Shown here piece by piece: positions 58,727 through 64,000 of a DNA stretch of 64,000 nucleotides. Source of the DNA: Truepera sp. GTDB taxonomy: Bacteria; Deinococcota; Deinococci; Deinococcales; Trueperaceae. Positions within the stretch are counted from its first letter, which is position 1, and each line of letters opens with the position of its first letter. Below the pieces are notes generated by a model. It searched no databases, was not told the DNA's origin, and saw only the letters and a list, made by a program, of their open reading frames with translations. The stretch spans positions 2,784,001-2,848,000 of the forward strand of contig CBDCKW010000009.1 in the NCBI GenBank assembly GCA_965218435.1, in the 5' to 3' direction. Both the position numbers and the translations under genes were made by a program.

Positions 58727-59113
58727 ACCTTGGCCGCCGAGTGGGTTTTTTTAGCTGCGGCTTACTATGAACCGGGCTCGCGCTCTACCTTTGGCAAGTG
58801 CTGCACTAAACCCGTCCATCCACAAACGCATGTTAGAGACTTCGGCGTCCCTAATGAGCGCACCGACACGGGTGTGACCGAGCAGAGATGTTCAGCAGCC
58901 AGCTGACTGCCCAAACGGTTGTCTGCAGCGACCGACACTTAACCCGCTACGGGCCAATCTAAAAAACACGGGCGTCGCGCTGCGAGCTCGAGCAGCCCCG
59001 GATTTACGCTACACGGTTTATCGTCCTTCGCTGCGGCAGCTATTCAGCTGCTAGTTGTCTCTGAGAAAACGCCGTGAGCATACAGTCGCCCGCCGCTACG
59101 CTAAACTAGCCAG

Positions 59114-60493
59114 ATGGAGTTACCCGTTAATGTTTCACCTGAATTTCACGCTGATGGTCGCAGAGTGCACGTCATCACGCACGGCTGTCAGATGAACGAA
59201 TACGACACGCACACCGTTTTGTCCGAACTTGCGGCGGGTGGGCATCAGATTGTGGGCACCCCGGAAGACGCGGACGTGATTATCTTAAATACCTGCGCGG
59301 TACGCGGCAAACCCGTCCAAAAAGTCGTGACCATGTTAGGCGAATACCGCAAACAAAAACTTGCGGGACGTGACCTGACGGTCGGGATGATGGGCTGTTT
59401 GGCGCAGCTTGACGAGGGTCAAGAGATTGCCCGCAAGTTCGGGGTAGACATCTTGGTCGGGCCGGGGGCGATTACCGATATTTTAGAGGCGCTCGAGTCC
59501 GTTCAGCAAAGTCACAAGCCGTACTGGAGCCTTGAGTTCAAAGATAAACTGCACGAACACCTGACGCCTGCACCCAATACGCTAACCGGCTTTTTAACCA
59601 TCATGCGCGGGTGTAACCATCACTGCACCTACTGCATCGTCCCGCAAACGCGTGGGCCGGAGGTCTCGAGGTCACTGGAAAGCATCTTGTACGAAGCTAG
59701 AGCGATGCAAAAAAACGGCGTTCAAGAAATCTATCTGCTCGGGCAAAACGTCAATTCTTACGGCTTGGGCCGGGACGATTTACCGTCTTTTGCCGAGTTA
59801 CTCCGGCGCGTCGCCGACACCGGGATTCCGCGCGTTAAGTTTACGACCTCGCACCCGATGAACTTTACCTCGGATGTGATTGACGCGGTAGCCGAGCACG
59901 AAAACATCTGTAAATACATCCACCTGCCGGTGCAATCGGGGTCGGACCGGATTTTACGGCGAATGGCGCGTGAATACCGCCGCGAGCGTTATCTCGACAT
60001 CGTGACTGAGATCAAAGCCAAAATCCCGGATGTGGTGCTCTCGACTGACATCATCGTCGGCTTTCCCGGTGAGACCGAGGAAGATTTCGGGGCTACGGTG
60101 TCACTTTATGAAGAAGTGCAGTACGATACCGCCTATATGTTTATGTACTCGGCGCGGCCCGGTACCCCGTCGTATACACATTTTGATGATCAACCCAGAG
60201 CGGTTAAAACGGAAAGGCTCCAGCGGCTGATCGAACGGCAAAAATATTGGGCGCACCTGAAAAACCAGCGTTGGGTCGGGCGTGAGTTGCGCGTACTCAT
60301 CCGTGAGGCGGCGACCGACTCGCAGTACGTGGTTGGGCATTCGGATCAAAATCATACGGTCTTGGTGCCACGTGAGCAAGTGGGTGAGATGGGCCTTTAC
60401 AGCGTCAAAGTCGAGACGGCGACACCGCACACGCTTTACGGGAACGTTGCCGGAACGGTGCAGGAGAGTATTCTGCTGCTGATGGCGTCGTAA
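59114..60493 (+). CDS. miaB: tRNA-2-methylthio-N6-isopentenyladenosine synthase
   Basis: [14 protein letters not shown], radical [38 protein letters not shown]-terminal TRAM region. Confidence 0.95.
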   Translation: MELPVNVSPEFHADGRRVHVITHGCQMNEYDTHTVLSELAAGGHQIVGTPEDADVIILNTCAVRGKPVQKVVTMLGEYRKQKLAGRDLTVGMMGCLAQLDEGQEIARKFGVDILVGPGAITDILEALESVQQSHKPYWSLEFKDKLHEHLTPAPNTLTGFLTIMRGCNHHCTYCIVPQTRGPEVSRSLESILYEARAMQKNGVQEIYLLGQNVNSYGLGRDDLPSFAELLRRVADTGIPRVKFTTSHPMNFTSDVIDAVAEHENICKYIHLPVQSGSDRILRRMAREYRRERYLDIVTEIKAKIPDVVLSTDIIVGFPGETEEDFGATVSLYEEVQYDTAYMFMYSARPGTPSYTHFDDQPRAVKTERLQRLIERQKYWAHLKNQRWVGRELRVLIREAATDSQYVVGHSDQNHTVLVPREQVGEMGLYSVKVETATPHTLYGNVAGTVQESILLLMAS

Positions 60494-60494
60494 C

Positions 60495-60950
60495 TTGTCT
60501 GGCATAACGAGGGATTTTACGGCGACGACGTTCGTCGTCTGGCGGGGCGGCGTGCTCTTACACAAACACAAAAAGCTGGGGCACTGGTTTCCCCCCGGCG
60601 GCCACGTCGAACCGAACGAACTCCCTGATGACGCCGCTGTGCGCGAGGTGTTAGAAGAGTCGGGCGTGCCGGTCGCGTTGATCGGTGAACGGGCGCTCCC
60701 GCTCGCTGAACCCCGGCAGCTCGTTCGGCCCAGAGGGGTGCAGCTCGAGACCATCACGCTAGAGAACGGCGTACCAAGTCATGAGCATATTGACCTGATC
60801 TATTTTGCCCGGCCTCTCCCCCACTACAGCGGCAGCTTGCTCGAGGCAGATAAGACACTCGATTGGTATGGCAGCGAAGGCTTGGCAGGGCTCGAGCTGA
60901 CCGAGGAAATCCGCTACTGGACGACGCTCGCGCTGTTAGAACTCGGCTGA
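60495..60950 (+). CDS. NUDIX hydrolase
   Basis: PGGHVEPNELPDDAAVREVLEESG, HEHIDLIY. Confidence 0.88.
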   Translation: MSGITRDFTATTFVVWRGGVLLHKHKKLGHWFPPGGHVEPNELPDDAAVREVLEESGVPVALIGERALPLAEPRQLVRPRGVQLETITLENGVPSHEHIDLIYFARPLPHYSGSLLEADKTLDWYGSEGLAGLELTEEIRYWTTLALLELG

Positions 60951-61033
60951 TATCTCTTCTGTTCAAGCTAGAAAGGGCTAGGGGAAACAACCAGCCATCA
61001 TCTTTACGTTGTGTTTTGAGGATCCACTTGACA

Positions 61034-61483
61034 CTACTCGGCTATGCCAACCTCTTTGCGAAACATATAGCTGGTTTTAGCCGGTTTGTAGCCCACAGCA
61101 GCGTAAAACTCGTGTGCGTCCAGCCAGTGTAAGCCTGAGCGCAGACGCAGCTCGAGGTAACCACGCGCCGCCGTCCATTTTTCAGCACGGCCGAGGAGTT
61201 GCCGACCGATACCCTGCCGCCTTGCCGACACGTCAACCACCAGGCCGCCGATTTCGGCGTAGCCGTCAGTCTCGAGTAATCCGACCCCGTAAACGTGAAT
61301 CCAGCCCACGACCTTTGCGCCTTGCACTACCACAAAAAGACCATCATCAGGGCTTTGGTGCAGCCTTAAAAATCGCTCTATCACTTGCGCTGTGCTCGAG
61401 CTGTAACCAAGCTGACCACTTAGTTCGGCGACCGCTTCAGCGTCCTCGAGGCGCATTTCATGCACTCCTATAGCCGAGCCCAT
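61034..61483 (-). CDS. GNAT family acetyltransferase
   Basis: LVV...RRQGIG..L, AHEFY...GY; start uncertain (61483 or 61456). Confidence 0.85.
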   Translation of the reverse strand: MGSAIGVHEMRLEDAEAVAELSGQLGYSSSTAQVIERFLRLHQSPDDGLFVVVQGAKVVGWIHVYGVGLLETDGYAEIGGLVVDVSARRQGIGRQLLGRAEKWTAARGYLELRLRSGLHWLDAHEFYAAVGYKPAKTSYMFRKEVGIAE

Positions 61484-61487
61484 CAAC

Positions 61488-62456
61488 CTACGAAACGTTC
61501 TTAAGCCTCGGATCAAGCACATCCCGGATCGCGTCACCCAAGAGGTTGAAGCCGACAACTGACAGGAAAATCGCCAACCCCGGAAAGATGCTCATCCACG
61601 GCGCACGTGAGAACTGCCGGTAGCCGTCACGAATCATCACGCCCCATTCAGGGTTCGGGGGCTGTGCGCCGAGCCCTAAAAAGCCGAGTGCCGCCACCTC
61701 TAAAATCACCGAGCCAATCGAAAGCGTGAGCTGCACCATGATGGGCGACAAGCTGTTGGGGAAAATATGCCCGAAGACAATCCTCGGCCCCCCGCTCCCG
61801 AGCGCCTTAGCCGCCTGCACGTATTCAGAGCCGCGCAAACCTAGCACCACCGACCGCGTAATCCTGACGTAGCTGGGAATCTGGGTGATGCTGATGGCGA
61901 TCAGCGCGTTCGTCAAACTTGGGCCGAGCGTGGCGACGATGGCAATCGCCAGCAAAATCCCTGGAAATGCCTGTAAGATATCCATCAGCCAGACGACGAT
62001 CAGATCAACGCGCCCACCGACGTAGCCGGCAAAAAGCCCCAGCAGTACCCCGATAATAGACGAAATCGCAACTGCAGCAATCCCGATACGAAGGCTGATA
62101 CGTCCGCCGTGCCAGACCCGTATCAAGAGGTCGCGGCCGTTTTCGTCGGTACCAAAGGGCAGTGTCCAGCGGTCAATCTCCATATTCGCGTCGTCGCTGA
62201 GTTCGGTGCGTTCGGCGGCGCTCAGCGTCCACGACGGGGGCGAGAGCCGGAGCCGCAGGTTGCGGTCGGTTGTCGCGTCGTAGGGGCGCAACACGGGGGC
62301 GAGCAGCGACATCAGGACAAAAAAGAGTACAACGACCAAACCGACGACGCCGGTCGGATTACGAAAAAAGCGGCGCAGTGAGTCTTGTAAGAGCGAGCGG
62401 CTGCGCACTTCTTCTGGGTTCACCGGTGAACTCGTCGCAGCTGCGTCTATGCTCAT
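61488..62456 (-). CDS. Peptide ABC permease (DppC-like)
   Basis: FGTDENGRD, AFPGILLAI, LGFLGLG.QPP.PEWG, FNLLGD.IRD. Confidence 0.92.
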   Translation of the reverse strand: MSIDAAATSSPVNPEEVRSRSLLQDSLRRFFRNPTGVVGLVVVLFFVLMSLLAPVLRPYDATTDRNLRLRLSPPSWTLSAAERTELSDDANMEIDRWTLPFGTDENGRDLLIRVWHGGRISLRIGIAAVAISSIIGVLLGLFAGYVGGRVDLIVVWLMDILQAFPGILLAIAIVATLGPSLTNALIAISITQIPSYVRITRSVVLGLRGSEYVQAAKALGSGGPRIVFGHIFPNSLSPIMVQLTLSIGSVILEVAALGFLGLGAQPPNPEWGVMIRDGYRQFSRAPWMSIFPGLAIFLSVVGFNLLGDAIRDVLDPRLKNVS

Positions 62457-62487
62457 AAATTCCCTACCGTTTTTGTCTGTATAGGCT

Positions 62488-63543
62488 TCATGTGTACTGG
62501 ATCCTCGGGTCAATCACAGCGTACGAGAGGTCAACGAGCAAGTTGACAACGACGAAAACAAACGCTACAAAAATGACCCCGCCTTGGACGACCGGGTAGT
62601 CTCTAGCGCCAATCGCGTCGTAAATCCATTTCCCGATCCCCGGCCACGAAAAAACCGTTTCAGTCAGAATTGCGCCCGATAACAGCGAGCCGAACGACAA
62701 CCCGACAACCGTCACCACCGGCAAGAGCGCGTTTCTGAGCGCGTGTTTGTTGACGACCAAACGCCGCGCCAACCCTTTGGCCTTAGCGGTGCGGACGTAG
62801 TCTTGACCCAACACCTCGAGCATCGCACTCCGCGTCATCCGCACGATAATCGCTAACGGAATCGTTCCGAGGGCAATCCCCGGCAAGATCAGGTGCCGCA
62901 GCGCGTCCCACGACACGGCGGGCCGTCCCCGGAGGAGGCCGTCGAGCACATATAACCCTGTCACAGGCTGAAAACTGAGCGACACGTCGAGCCGCCCCGA
63001 GGGGGGCAACCAACCCAAGTTGACCGCGAACACATAGATCAAGATAATCGCCAGCCAAAAGACCGGAAACGACACCCCGGACAGTGCGCCGATCATCAAT
63101 AGGGTGTCTACAAAACTGCCTCGGTACAGCGCGGCCAACACGCCTGCCGGAATCCCTAAGACGAGCGCAAAAAGCATAGCGATCAGGGTCAGCTCGAGCG
63201 TTGCCGGAAACCGCCGCCGCAAACTCTCGCCCACGTCAAGCCGTGAAAAGTACGAACGTCCGAGGTCACCGGTGAGCGCCCCACCGACAAAATCAAAATA
63301 TTGCGAATCAAAAAAGTTGAGCGGTTTCCCGGTCTCAGCAGCCTCTGCCGGGTTAAAAAATAAGGGTTGGTTAAGACCTAACTGCTCTTGCAGCCGCGCC
63401 CGCGCTTCGGGCGTCGCCCGCTCGCCCAAAATAAGGAGCGCCGGGTCCGCCGGGATAATTCGCGTCAAGGTAAATACCAACAAGCTGACACCGAACAAGA
63501 CCGGGATGAGACCTAAGATGCGCCGAAAAATATACTGCGTCAA
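62488..63543 (-). CDS. Peptide ABC permease (DppB-like)
   Basis: GDLGRS, FPATLEL, DYVRTAKAKGL, ETVFSWPGIG, DPRI. Confidence 0.93.
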   Translation of the reverse strand: MTQYIFRRILGLIPVLFGVSLLVFTLTRIIPADPALLILGERATPEARARLQEQLGLNQPLFFNPAEAAETGKPLNFFDSQYFDFVGGALTGDLGRSYFSRLDVGESLRRRFPATLELTLIAMLFALVLGIPAGVLAALYRGSFVDTLLMIGALSGVSFPVFWLAIILIYVFAVNLGWLPPSGRLDVSLSFQPVTGLYVLDGLLRGRPAVSWDALRHLILPGIALGTIPLAIIVRMTRSAMLEVLGQDYVRTAKAKGLARRLVVNKHALRNALLPVVTVVGLSFGSLLSGAILTETVFSWPGIGKWIYDAIGARDYPVVQGGVIFVAFVFVVVNLLVDLSYAVIDPRIQYT

Positions 63544-63619
63544 GCGTGCACCTCGCTAGTAGAAAAAATAAGGATGCGGCAAAATAGTGCGGGCCAGCCT
63601 CAGCTGGCCCGGTAAAGAC

Positions 63620-64000
63620 TTAGTTTGACTTGGTAATCGTGCTAAACGGAACCGTGCTCCCGAGCGGGCTCGGCATAAAGCCTTTGACCCCGACGCGCAC
63701 AGCGTTTAAGACCGGGTTATGGTCAACCGGAATCGCCGGAACCTGATCGTAGATAATCTGATTGATCTGATGATAGAGGTCAGCTCTGGTGTCCTCATCC
63801 GGCTCTTGACGCGCTTGGTTGAGTAAGTCTTTAACCTTGGCGTTGTCCCAGCCGAAGTTGCGTTTACCCTCTTCAGAACCAAAGAACGTGTAAACGAAGT
63901 TGTCGGGGTCGGCGTAGTCGGCGCTCCACCCGAGCATGTAGATCGGAAACTTACCGGTGTTGTTGTCGTCTAGGTAGGTACCCCAATCTTCAGTCTGCAG
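63620..64000 (-). CDS. Peptide ABC substrate-binding protein, C-terminal part (truncated by the window edge)
   Basis: DW..YL, GW.ADYADPDNF, R..LY.QI..I...P.IP. Confidence 0.85.
   Translation of the reverse strand: MQTEDWGTYLDDNNTGKFPIYMLGWSADYADPDNFVYTFFGSEEGKRNFGWDNAKVKDLLNQARQEPDEDTRADLYHQINQIIYDQVPAIPVDHNPVLNAVRVGVKGFMPSPLGSTVPFSTITKSN

Noticed and set aside
58730..59100. Long spacer before miaB as an ncRNA or gene remnant
   Set aside because: No convincing ORF, stem set or known RNA motif seen by eye; not excluded without an Rfam or BLAST search.

Overview
This 64 kb window is a bacterial chromosomal segment, roughly 55-60% GC by eye. It most resembles Deinococcota (Truepera-like), inferred from the many leaderless TANNNT-(5-7 nt)-start genes, the tmRNA tag and the NUDIX/DinB richness. 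It carries the 3' end of a tRNA-Leu, ssrA (tmRNA), housekeeping genes (galE, zwf, glpK, coaA, rpsO-pnp-rnj, mutY, comF, miaB, a TrmH/RlmB methylase), two peptide-type ABC operons, a YtfQRT/YjfF-type sugar ABC operon and two AraC/SDR pairs. A 25.6-31.4 kb patch contains disrupted genes and one low-GC foreign gene. No integrase, transposase, prophage or CRISPR array was seen. The most notable structure is a 12.2-18.2 kb cluster around an OmpR/BaeS-type two-component system. All five of its promoters share phased 11-bp-period YYAAAY repeats ending exactly 10 nt before a -10 box. They drive a Tat-lipoprotein intradiol-dioxygenase-like protein, a membrane protein, an outer-membrane beta-barrel and two secreted proteins, several with Gly/Pro-rich tracts, which makes this a candidate self-contained envelope regulon. 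Other signals: strong CTCGAG over-representation, two ~40% Asp/Glu microproteins, an RDRM-like palindrome upstream of a photolyase, a leaderless HLPQS-repeat leader peptide, heptamer tandem repeats and an S15-leader-like RNA. Product calls come from motifs recognised by eye; no database search was run.
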